DNA of 64,000 bases, from the NCBI GenBank assembly GCA_964658305.1, contig OZ210885.1, positions 22,506,001 through 22,570,000 of the forward strand, in the 5' to 3' direction. The notes under the pieces are model-generated. The model had not been told where the DNA came from. It searched no databases and saw nothing but the letters and a program-made list of their open reading frames with translations. This DNA is from Leptogorgia sarmentosa (Eukaryota). Position numbers and translations under genes: made by a program. Positions within the stretch are counted from its first letter, which is position 1; the number at the start of each line of letters is the position of its first letter. Below are positions 48,272-59,524 of this stretch, piece after piece.

Positions 48272-50239
48272 ATGGCGGCTTCTCTAGCATCTTCATCTGA
48301 AGAATTTTGCAGCGAGTGCAAACAAGCAACGAAGTACAAGTGTCTAAATTGTAGTGTCGCAGTCTGTAATGAGTGCTCTACATTTGAGGAAGATGAAGAC
48401 GTGCCAAGATGGCAAATGGGTAAAGCTGTCGGCTACTGTGAGAACTGTTATCTTGTCAAAGGCAGCGACAATGAAAACAAAAGTCTTGAAGATACCGAAA
48501 GCAGTTTTAGTAAATCTACTGAAGATAAAGGTAAATACTTGATATTTTTATACGATTAAATCATCAAACATACCACATATACCGTATATTGAAAATTTGT
48601 TTGCAACATTCGAATATTTCGCATGACAAATGTATTTTTGTTTACAGTATGTACTATTTAAAACACAATTGCAAGTAGGAGTGTTTTATGCGTTATGAAA
48701 CGTGAAGCGCAGCCGAACGTTTTATAGCGCATAAAACGCAAACTACTAGTGTTTTAAATGACTTCTTAAAGTTTGATTACCCTTTGTGTTGGATGAGTGG
48801 GTTTGACGTCAGGTTTAAAATACTAATGAACATAAATTTTATATAGACACCAGCTGTGTTCTATCAAATATAAAGTCACTGCACGTGGCTAGTTTTCGGC
48901 TTACTGATAGGTGAAATTATATATTGAGTTTTTTAAGAACAAGTAAACAACTGAAACATGTCTGTTCATAAAACATAAATTCTTCATGAAACATGAACTC
49001 GTCTATTTGTATCTGTATTTTGTAACTATCCTAAATTATATTGCATTTTTAATGTTTTCAGTACACCATTTGTAGGTCTGTATACGAAATTATTAAAAGA
49101 ACAAAAATAATTTTAAATTGGTTTTTCTACTTTTATATTACAGAACACAGTAACAATGACAATGATGAAAGTGATGAAGAAACTGGGACAGACAATATGT
49201 TAAATAAAAGTAAAAAACGAGGTAGAAGAGGAAACTGGTCTATGGACAGTCTGAATGATTTCATCGACATAATTGTAAGTGATGAGTACAACAGGAAAAA
49301 ACTTATCTTTACAAACACAAAAAACCAAAGAAATGCTTCTATTTACCAGAGCATTTTAACTGAGTTAAAGAAGAGGTGTGCAAAACGAGGCGAAGAGTTT
49401 GAAGCAACAATTCCACAGTTAAGGAATAAATTCAAAAAGTGTGTATTAAGTGCAAAAAAGCTGCCCTCACTATAAAAACTGCAACAGGAATTAAACGATT
49501 TCAAGATTCAAAATGTTTTGGCAGTTGGTTTGATCAACTTTTTGCACTAGTGAAAACCAGGGACTTGTGCCAACCAGAACAAGCTGTGGAACAGTCAGCT
49601 TTACCAAGTGGTGGTGAATCAACTGCAGACGATACACCCGAGAAGAAACCTGCAAGTACAAACCAGTTCACACCAGTTCGAACCAAAAGAGCTAAGAAGG
49701 AGGATATTCTTAAATCCACACATGAACTTATTAAGAAAGTCATAGAAAATGACAAATCAGATACCATGTTGAAACGTATGAAAGAAGAATTCGAACAGTC
49801 AAGACAACACGAACTTAAACTTTTTCAAATGTTACTTCAGGCACAACAGCCATCAACTCATGCTCAACAGAACCCCTTTGGTACTACACATCCACCGGCC
49901 CAACAGCCATCAACTCATGCTCAACAGAACCCCTTTGGAACTCCACATCCACCAGCTCAACAGCCATCAACTCATGCTCAACAGAACCCCTTTGGTACTA
50001 CACAACCACCGGCCCAACAGCCATCAACTCATGCTCAACAGAACCCCTTTGGAACTCCACATCCACCAGCTCAACAGCCATCTTTCCAGTGGATGGAGTC
50101 ATCATCAAGTGGATGGAGTCATCATCAAGTTCCAGTTGGTCATGCGACAACCAGCTTAGAATCATGGACAGAAAACCAGTCTATTGACTCTATTCCTCAG
50201 CAACATCAGTGGGAAAGCCACTACACAGGAAACTACTGA
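48272..50239 (+). pseudogene. Harbinger accessory protein: Cys8 zinc finger, Myb/SANT-like (trihelix) domain and Q/P-rich repeats
   Basis: Exon 1 at 48272-48530 and exon 2 from 49144 (RGNWS..QLRNKFKKC); frameshift near 49445. Confidence 0.8.
49841..50082 (+). repeat. Coding tandem repeat, 57 bp x4 (AQQPSTHAQQNPFGTxxPP)
   Basis: Visible directly; units alternate in an A/B pattern. Confidence 0.95.
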
Positions 50240-50561
50240 TCTTGGCTAGTTATATCCTGTTACATTTGATAATTAAGTTTTAGTTGCTTTGTTGCTAACA
50301 GAACGTTTTATTCAGGTTGCATTTTAGTTACATGCTTTTTTACAGAACTGCTACTGTTTAGAAGAACAATTGTCAAGTAAACAATTTTAAAACAACTTGA
50401 GTTTTATTGTGTTGTGTGTGTGTTGAAGATAAGCAGCCATGTAGCAACTATTCATTGTATGCAAATATTTAATGACTTATCATAAACTCTAGAAAACAAA
50501 ACTTCAGTGTAAGTATGTTCATTGCATGCCACAAGATTTTTTTTCTCACTAAAACGTTTAC

Positions 50562-50775
50562 CATAGAATAGGAAAAAAATTGAAAGGCAACTCAAGCCAG
50601 AACCTTTGAAGTTTGTGTCCTCACACATAACGCCTTACGCATCTTCATTACGCAGTTTCTGGCCAGTCAATTGCATTTTCTAGCCAATAGGAACGCTAAA
50701 CTGGCTGTTCTGCCATTAAAATAGGGGGACACGTTGCACTGCTGAGTTGCCCTTCCATTTATTTCCTATTCTATG
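50562..50775. mobile_element. P-like MITE
   Basis: CATAGAATAGGAAA ... TTTCCTATTCTATG; near-matching 7-bp flanks cgtttac/cttttac. Confidence 0.7.
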
Positions 50776-50880
50776 CTTTTACTAACAGTTTTTAACAACA
50801 ATAATTTTGTTAATATTTAGCTAAATGGTGACAAAAGTAATGCATACAATGCTGTTTTTATAAACAGAAGATATTTAATA

Positions 50881-53463
50881 TTAATGTACAGCAATGCTCT
50901 CCTTTTCATGGTATAGCATTTTGGTGAGAGCTACCCGATTTTTACTCCCCATTTTTGTATCTGCGTGACGTAGTGACGCAGATATATTGCTATCGAGTTG
51001 TTAGCTGTTAGCTTGCAGCCAATCAGCGAATTCGTTAGTTAAATTTAGCCAATAGACGACAACGTAACATTGAGATGACGTAATTCTCACTGAGCCCACC
51101 TGCAAATTTAAGGGAACCAACGTGGAGGTGTGCAAAGCAGTTCTTGCGGGGCAAATATTACAAAATGGCGGCTGATATAGGCGCGAGCTAAAGAGTGATG
51201 ATGTGTTTGATCGTGGATTTTGTTTCGCAATGAATATCCAGATAAAAAGAAAATATAATGGCCGCAGCGATGAGCATTTACGCCGTTTAGAACACTATTT
51301 ATACTAAGGAAATTTATACGCAAAAATATCATGACGCAAATTGCAGACATTGGCATTGCTTTTAAAGATATTAATTAAAGAGGTTCGCGTCGCTATGCAA
51401 TTTAGATCATCACAGCAAAAATATCATGACGCAATTTATACAATTGAACACAGCGAATATTTAAGGTTATGAAAGAGTTTAATGTCTTGACACAATAGCG
51501 CGTGTATTTCCCTACAATACTTTAGTGTGTCGGCACTGACACACTGTGCATGTTTGGACTGCCCGCGGTGTCATTGTGATCACGGAATATCTACTATATT
51601 TTGACGCTTCGCCATACAGAATGGTTGAAACATTCTATCCCCAGAAAATAGATTTCGTAGCTCGTAATAAAACGGGTTTGTGCGTTTATTAAGCGCGAGA
51701 CAAAACAAACGAAATCATATATAGTTTCAAGTATTCTGTTTTGAACCTACACGCAATGCGCATACCGATCATACATACACTTTAGCCTCTACGCAAATGT
51801 GCATGAATGGACGGAATATATTGTATATAAATATATCATTATAATACGGTATTGAAAAGGGTAAATTTGGTTTTTAGAGAGCCACATTTTTCACAAACAA
51901 TCGCAAAGCGCTGTGTCTATTTTAAAGACGCAATAACATAAAATGCGATATCATATGTCGTCAAGTTTCAATTCCTTATGCAATTTGATATATGATCGGA
52001 ATGCGAGATAGTCATGAAAGCTTATATCAAGTATTGAATACGTCTCCACACAACCTCACGTCTTGAAAGGAATTAGTATTTGCGCTATTCCCCTATTCCT
52101 TAGCAGTAAACCATTTTATACATGCAAGATCGCGTATTAGGGACAGATAAGATGCGTGTATCGAAAAGCTGAAAACAAATATGGCTTGATCATCAAGCTA
52201 CATAGGCGCAGATACATGTACACTTTGTGTACCTATTTTTGAAGTATCCTTTAGCTTTTTGCATGACCTCATTTGGAGAAGCTCTCTCACAGTTTCTCTA
52301 TCTCGTTTCCCCCATTAGTAATGGGGTCAATGGATAAATCACACTTTTTGGACATGGCATCACCATATTCAATGCAAGCATTATGCAATACAATGCAAGC
52401 AAGTGTTGCTATTTTAATTTGTTCAGCATCGCTTTCGCATTTCCTTAACAGAACGCGCCATCTTCCCTTCAGTTGCCCATATGCCCCTTCAGTTACCATT
52501 CTTGCGCGACTGAGCCGGTAGTTGAAGTATCTCTGCGCCGCTGTCAATGTGGCATCTGTGTAAGGCTTCATAAGCCATGACTGCAAGGGAAAGGCAGAAT
52601 CTGCTAGGACAAGTGGTGGTACAACTCTGCCTTCAATTTTCTTTCCAATTTTTGTTGCCATAAAGCAGTCGATTGTAAGATAACAGAGTCATGGGAATTG
52701 CCAGGAAAACCGCAGCTTGCCCAAATGAAACGGTACTTGGCATCAACAAACGCCATTAAGACCAACGAATAAAAGTTTTTGAAGTTGTGAAATTACTTGC
52801 AGGATTCAAGCCCACCAGGTGGGCACTTGATCGGGATATGGCAGCCATCTACTGCCGCCCAACAACACGGAAATTGCCAAAACTCTTCCATGTCCACCAT
52901 CTTGTTTATAAACATTTCTTGATTTGTTGGTAAATGCTTGCTCACTTTTTCTGCCCACAAACATTCCACGATTGCTCGAGATACTTCCGCAACTACGTTA
53001 CACACAGTAGCAACTCCTAGACCTGTCATTTCAGAGATAGTATGGTAATAATCTCCCCTACTGAGACGATACAGGCAAATGGCAAATGTTTCTTCAGGAG
53101 TTATAGGCTCTTCACTGACGTTTCGTCGCTCTAATTTCTGTCTGATGTGTTCCAAAATGTTCTGAAATGTCTTTCGTGAAATTCTAAACGTTTTTTAAAC
53201 CTCGAGTCGGTATATGTATGCCATACCGTTGACCACCAACCAGTGTTTCGATTAAATCGTCGACAAGACCGGTGTCTAGGTTTACTCGAACCAACGGACT
53301 GCATTAACTGTACCACCAAAAAAAGAATACGAAGTAATATTTTCTTCCTCATAGCCAGGAAAGACATAACATTAAACAAATACATTCTTCTTCGCCGGTT
53401 GTTTTCGATTATTTTCCAAATCAAAACATTCTTTAGCTGAGAACGCATTGGAAACCTTGCCAT
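50881..53463 (-). pseudogene. HARBI1-like DDE transposase, frameshifted, with its C-terminus displaced by an insert of about 1.3 kb (about 50947-52231)
   Basis: AVDGCHIPI, LADSAFPL, FNYRLSRARMVTEGAYGQLKGRW, ACIVLHN; tail RVALTKMLYHEKE at 50881-50940. Confidence 0.88.
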
Positions 53464-55190
53464 GTTTACACAACACAAATTTGATTTTCCCGCGGAAAAG
53501 CGCCAATCGTAAACCGCTGACTATATTGTTCGCAATACGTAAAAATCAATTTGGCACGACTAATTAAGTTCGCCTTATAAATCGGGCTGCGTGCAAAATT
53601 GAAATAAGTCGAACCAAATTTCATTTAGTTCAGTACATGTAAAGCACGCCGTCTAAAACTGGCCTTAGTCATTATGCTCAAGTCATGAAACCAGTAGCAC
53701 AAGCAATTAACATTCTACAGGAAGAAACAAACCACTCAAATGCCTACATGGGTTATCTAGCACGAACAATAACTGTACTGAGAGATAAGCTTTCAAAGAA
53801 GTTGGATATTCCAGCTATGAAACCACTGGTCCAAGCACTATTAAATGGAATTGATAAGCAATTTGATTCCATGCTAAATGACAAAAAGATCATTGCTGCT
53901 GCAATTCGTCACCCCAAATTTAAAGAAAGCTGGGCTACTGATTCTGATGTTATTGAAAGAGGTAACAAATACAATATGTATAACTTACATATGAAGTAAA
54001 TTAGTAAGTATCCCTATTATAGACAGCATGGGTTTATTTGTGGGATTTGTTTATAAATTTTAGGCATCTCCTTCATAAATGAGAAATTAGAAGGTATGAT
54101 ACAACCAGTGCTTGATGAACATGGACAGTCCTCTTCAGAGGATCAAGATGAGAGTGAGGCAGATTTCTTCCAAGCTAAAAACAGGAGATCAAGCGATTGT
54201 ACTTTAAAGTCATTTCTTCATAGTCCTGTTGAAAAACTTTGTGAATATACAAGATGGCCCTTGCTTCGCAAACTCTTTATTGAACTCAACACACCTTTGC
54301 CAGCCAACCTTTGAAAATTGCATCCTGGTGAAATGCAATGAAGACTTTGTTTGAAGATGTGATACACACATTATACACATTTTGTATGACACATGTTGAA
54401 ATTTTTAAATTTGCAGTGTTGTGAGTGGTTGAATATGAATAAAGAATTTGTTTGAAATCTGTGCTGACTGTATCGATGCAGCATTTGGTACAACAAAGTT
54501 GTACACAGAAGTCCACAGAAAATACACAAAAGTCTGTGACTTAGTAACTCAGTCAGTTTAAATAATAATTTTAATCAATATAAAATGTAACTTGTAACTA
54601 AGTTACAAAAAATACATTGTAACTGTAACTAGTTACAAATAAAATGTAACTGGTTACAGCACTACGGTGGCCCAGAAGTGCAAAACACAAATGGAGTAAT
54701 GCAAAGCACATTTAACGATCTTCAAGCATATTTAGCCATTTTCGTGACATATTTTACTTTAACAAAACACATTTTAGAAAATAAAAACGCATTTTAATCA
54801 ATCAAAGCATATATCATCAAATCCCAAAACACATTTGACATCACAAAACACATTTGACATAGCAAAACACATTTGATATCAAAACACATTTAACATCGCA
54901 AAACACATTTAACATCGCAAAACACATTTAACATCGCAAAACACATTTGACATCGCAAAACACAAAACGCAAAAACGATTAATCACTAATCAGCATGACA
55001 AAACGCATTTAAAATCACAAAACACATTACTTGAAAACCCAGATAAAACAACCCCTCCCCCTCTCCTGACATGTGGCATTCAAGTTAAGATCGCGATGTT
55101 TTGGCGGGAGGTTGCAATTGGGAAACATACAATATGTTACGGTATACAAAATACAATATTTAATTGTGGCGCAGTTTCTCAGCTTTATAC

Positions 55191-56342
55191 ATGGATGAAG
55201 AAGAAGCGATTCGGTACTACTTTTCCAGAAAGTATGAATACAACACAATATTAGATTTTCTTGAACAACACCACGATATAAAAATGTCGAAAAGGACGCT
55301 CTTGAATCGTCTGAAAGAATATGGTTTAACTAGGCGAAATTGTGAGATAGATGAAGCTGTTATTCGGGATCACATAAGGAAGGAGCTCGAAGGACCAGGA
55401 AGCCTACTTGGATACCGAGCAATGTGGCGAAAACTGCATCTAAAGTATGGTATAAATGTACCCCGGTCGGTCGTTGAAATCCTATTGCGACAAATGGATC
55501 CCGAAGGAACCAGGCTCAGGCAAGCTCACAAACTGAAAAGAAGACAATACATCAATCCAGGGCCGAATTATTGTTGGCACGCCGATGGATACGACAAGGT
55601 TAAACCTTATGGATTGCCTATACATGGCTGTATTGACGGGTTTAGTCGGCGTGTGATATGGTTGAAACTAGAAATGAGCAACAACAATCCTAAAGTAATT
55701 GGAAAGCTATTCAGGGACGCTGTAATTGAAGCTGGGGGTTGCCCGTCGATTCTTCGAACAGATCGAGGAACCGAAAATGGAATTATGTCTTCAAGTCAGT
55801 GTTTTCTCAGAAGAAATGGTACCGATTCATTGGCTGGCCTAAAAGCTCACCGATTTGGTTCCTCGCATAGCAATCAACGCATTGAAGCTTGGTGGGCCTA
55901 TTTAAGGCGGTCATGGAGTTCATGGTGGATGAACTTTTTCAAGGACATGATAGATGCGGGTAATCTGGATACTAGCAACAGAATACACTTGGAATGCATT
56001 TGGTTTTGTTTCAGTAAAATTATACAGAAAGAATTAGATGAAATCAGGGATGAATGGAACAATCACTACATTCGTAAATCTCGACACCATACTGCTTCTG
56101 GCATCCCCAACACTCTGTACTTTTTACCAGAAGGTGTTGGTACAATAGACTACAAACACCCATATAGCCTCGAGGATTTGGAGGAAGTCAACAATGAACT
56201 TCATTCACCTGATGACTCAAACGAATCTCTTATTTACCAAGAGTACCTATCCTATGTCAATCAAACGATTGGTATTGCAGAGGAAAATTCCAGGATGGAT
56301 GCAGTTGAACTGTACCATAGACTACTACGGGTAGTCGGATAA
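55191..56342 (+). CDS. IS3EU integrase-core (DDE) transposase, intact
   Basis: N-terminal HTH; motifs LGYRAM, WHADGYDK, IHGCIDGFSR, RTDRGTEN, NQRIE. Confidence 0.9.
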   Translation: MDEEEAIRYYFSRKYEYNTILDFLEQHHDIKMSKRTLLNRLKEYGLTRRNCEIDEAVIRDHIRKELEGPGSLLGYRAMWRKLHLKYGINVPRSVVEILLRQMDPEGTRLRQAHKLKRRQYINPGPNYCWHADGYDKVKPYGLPIHGCIDGFSRRVIWLKLEMSNNNPKVIGKLFRDAVIEAGGCPSILRTDRGTENGIMSSSQCFLRRNGTDSLAGLKAHRFGSSHSNQRIEAWWAYLRRSWSSWWMNFFKDMIDAGNLDTSNRIHLECIWFCFSKIIQKELDEIRDEWNNHYIRKSRHHTASGIPNTLYFLPEGVGTIDYKHPYSLEDLEEVNNELHSPDDSNESLIYQEYLSYVNQTIGIAEENSRMDAVELYHRLLRVVG

Positions 56343-56507
56343 TAATTTCCACACACTGAATAATTAAAAAAACTACAGTATGAAATGGTCTTTTAATTAA
56401 GATCCTGAAGAAATATGAACCTATCGCACCTACCAATTTAAACAGTGACAACTTTGAAACACAAGCGATAATGTTTTAACAGTAACCACTGAAAATATGA
56501 ATAGAAC

Positions 56508-56827
56508 CACAGTTAATGAAGGGAAATGGTTAGCCAGGTTAGGACGTTTTTTTGTTTGTGCCTTGTGCAGAGTAACGGTTGACAAATCTTCCTTATTCTT
56601 AATCTACAAGTACGAAGTGCTTGTTTTGTCAACCTGAGCTGTTTTCATGGAAAATGTTACTGACAAAAAATCATTCTTATACAGATTTTTAGCGTTATTG
56701 AATCGTTTCTCGTTAATTTAAAGAAAATTTCGCAAAGTCAAAAACATTTCCAAATTCAATGTTTATTAATCACTTTACCTTTTTAAAGTTTTCTAGTTGT
56801 TTTAACCATTTCCCTCTATCAGCTATG
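56508..56827. mobile_element. Small TIR element (P-like MITE)
   Basis: CACAGTTAATGAAGGGAAATGGTT pairs imperfectly with AACCATTTCCCTCTATCAGCTATG; the TSD is unclear. Confidence 0.5.
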
Positions 56828-56883
56828 ATAAATACCCAGTAATTCTGATATAAACCCTATGGAAACATAGTTAAGTGCGGTTT

Positions 56884-58847
56884 TCAGTACACCAGTCGAA
56901 GTAACTGGAACCCAGGTGAGTTCAACAAACAGAAAGTGAATTCCTCGTTGAATTTCTTTTGATCACATAACTCATTCACTGGAAATTTCAGAACATTACC
57001 ACAAGTGTTTGTGCTAATTTTCCTTGGAGTATTTAAATTGTGCAAGAACTCTATGGTTGGACGAGGTGAGAATCCAATTGCTGGGACATGTTGTGCACCA
57101 GTTGCAAATTCAAGAACTTGGCCGAGGTTAATTGTTACTTCTCTGTCTTCAACTTGGCTAACCACTAGACCATTCTGAACGTCTTCGAGAAACTGATTAA
57201 AGTTGAAAATAATGTTTTGTTCAATCGTGAGTTTGTTGCTGCCAACAGGACTGAATTGAGGAACAAAAACAGAATCAATATCCTCGGCTGTCAACTTCGC
57301 GTTTGAAACTTCAAATAAACTTCTGAACATATCAGGATGTTCTCGGACTAGCTGCAGAATATTACAAGTCTTCAGACCATCAGTAAATTGGTTGAGCTCA
57401 CTCAATGACACGAGCAAAGTGTAGTGAAGTGCTATCGATCTAAGAAATTCCTCTTTGTCAGCCATTGTGACGAATGGCTTTGTGTAACCTGCCTCAAATC
57501 GGAAATCACTCTCAAACGTAGCCTTTTCTTTGAGTTCATCAGCATTTGTCACTTTCTCCAACTCAGTGAGGCTGGTCTTTATGTTATCATTTGAGATTTC
57601 ATCAATGGCTGGCTTGAGATTGTCAACACTGCCTGTCAGAATGTAATCAACAACAGTCCTAGAGAAACATCTTGGGCCAGGAGATCCTTGTAGTAATCCC
57701 AGTGCAGTAAGTTGACCAAAAGCATAATATTCTCTTCCTTGCAAGGCTGAGATATTGTGCCTAAAACTGGTATGCGACATCAACTTTCTCTAGGCGGCAG
57801 AGTTGATTAAACCAAAGTATTCTCTTGATGGGCCACCTTGATCAACAGCAGGCTCACCAATGAATTGAACTTTGATCGGTTTGCACTCATCCTCTTTCAC
57901 TCTTTCCAGCTTTGTAAGCGAGTCCTCCCAAACATTCTGCCTTCTAATTTTCATTCTAAAATTGCCTGAGCTGTCCATATTATGTTCCTTCCAGTTTCGA
58001 AGCTTTTCGGTAAGCCTATCATTTACTGTATACAACGTTTTTGATTGATGTAATACTTCATCCTCGTCATGGTAAGTGTCAAAATCATCCTCGCATTCTC
58101 ACTCAATAATGATCCATATAAGTCATTCACTGATCTGTCCTGAACTTCTACAAGCAAATTTATTGCCTCTTCTAAAGATTCAGTCACACTTAGTGCTTGC
58201 CTTAATTCATTGTCAGTCTTAGTGGGGAACATTTCTTTTAAACTTTGAATACCTCTAGAAGATTGTGCAACTACACCATTCTCTTCAGATTCATTATTAC
58301 TTTGGCCATTTCCAAGGTCATTTGCAATGAATGAATCAAGTGTTGTTACTGCTGATGTCTCGCCAGAACTGTTCGCTGAGGGACTGCTTGTTTGTGTGGA
58401 AGCAGTGGAAGGACCTGCACGAGCAAATGATTCAAGAACAGTCAGTGTATAAAGTGCTTCTTTATCAAAATAACGATCGTGTGCACAGTGTTTTTCGTAC
58501 GACACCCTAAGAAGATCCAATTTACGAATGTTTACAGGAACCCGCACCATCTTTACTTTGCCTTTCACCGACCTTAATTCCCCCTTAGTTAAAGCCATTA
58601 TCCCTATTCCAATCAGAACATCTTTTGCTGGCTTTTGTTGTTTCTTTTTCGCCGCATGCTGAACTCGTTCGTTTGATTTTCTTTTTCGAAATTCATCGAA
58701 GGAAATTACACGAGTTGGTGTTGGTGTTGGCGTTGCAGGCTGTGAATCATTTGAATTAATAGGTAAACCGTCATCGAGTGCACCACCACAATCATGGCAA
58801 AAGCGAAAAGATTGCAAAACGTCAGAATTGCATTTGCTGCATTTCAT
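56884..58847 (-). pseudogene. IS3EU accessory protein: zinc ribbon, CUE-like domain and G2E3-like HECT E3 ligase
   Basis: CSKC..CHDC; LKEMFP..LRQAL..LEEAINLL; VQFIGEPAVDQGGPSREYF; LEFATGA..PAIGF..TNTCGNVL; one frameshift near 58095 and one TAG at 57790. Confidence 0.85.
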
Positions 58848-59524
58848 CGTTTGTTATCAATTACCGTATTATTTAAATCCCATGCATTGTATTTGTATAT
58901 CCTGATTAGTGAAATGGTTCTTCAAAACACGATGGACGCCATTTTAAATGCTTCCACTTCGTAATATAGATTTCTTTTTTTCTGAATAAAACATTTTCTG
59001 AATTATGAAGAACTCAAGAACTCGGTTGTACTCGGCTGAATTCGAAGAACGGCTGAGAAGAATCGTGTTGCGATGTCAAATGTGTTTTGCAAATGTGTTT
59101 TGCAAATGTGTTTAGGAATGTTAAATGTGTTTTTCGATGTCAAATGTGTTTTGCGATGTTAAATGTGTTTTGCGATGTCAAATGTGTTTTGCGATGTCAA
59201 ATGTGTTTTGCATTACTCCATTTGTGTTTTGCACTTCTGGGCCACCGTACAGCACTGACTAGATATCACAATCGCCTATCACCAACACATGATCAAAGAT
59301 ACAAAAACACAAACTACAACACAGGACAGACCAACTTAAAATAAAATTCAACGAAAAAACACAGCACAGAAAATAATAGACAAAACCAATGAACTTTGCT
59401 TAAAATACACAACAAGACACTTACAACAATAACTACCAAACAGGATACAAAAACCACGACCAAACACAAATTGCCTAACAACATAACCAAACACACTAAA
59501 AAAAACAATAAATGGACTGAAAAG

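Larger units (their letters stand above)
47973..53664. mobile_element. PIF/Harbinger transposon with two convergent genes
   Basis: TIR GGCCAGTTTTAGAC.GCGTGCTT.ACATGT.C.GAACTAAATGAAA at both ends; TTA TSD. Confidence 0.95.
46130..54350 (+). pseudogene. Spliced hAT transposase with a BED finger (4 exons), interrupted by Harbinger
   Basis: HPWPYL..CLLC..NLRTHIK, intron 46364-46769, then ATTTDCWS, FIGVTGHW, TTDNGSNF, RCAAH, TRWNS; FL|SHYAQVMKP rejoins across the Harbinger; ends LNTPLP. Confidence 0.88.
54663..59249. mobile_element. IS3EU transposon with two convergent genes
   Basis: TIR TACGGTGGCCCAGAAGTGCAAAACACAAATGGAGTAATGCAAA, 6-bp TSD CAGCAC, 19-bp subterminal arrays (aaaacacatttgacatcgc) at both ends. 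Confidence 0.9.
45744..59257 (+). mobile_element. hAT transposon hosting Harbinger and IS3EU insertions
   Basis: CAGTGCTGTA...TACAGCACTG ends, 8-bp TSD ACTAGATA (45736-45743, 59258-59265), subterminal GTAAC/GTTAC repeats at both ends. Confidence 0.92.
45283..59524 (+). pseudogene. Probable Penelope-like element N-terminal ORF split by a hAT insertion (45283-45743 and 59258-59524)
   Basis: The A/C-rich coding strand continues across the hAT TSD; motif LPPGLKIN..WESTL..LLD; no RT is visible. Confidence 0.45.

Noticed and set aside
56884..58847. Host G2E3 ubiquitin ligase gene
   Set aside because: It is intronless, lacks PHD/RING fingers and lies within IS3EU TIRs and TSD.
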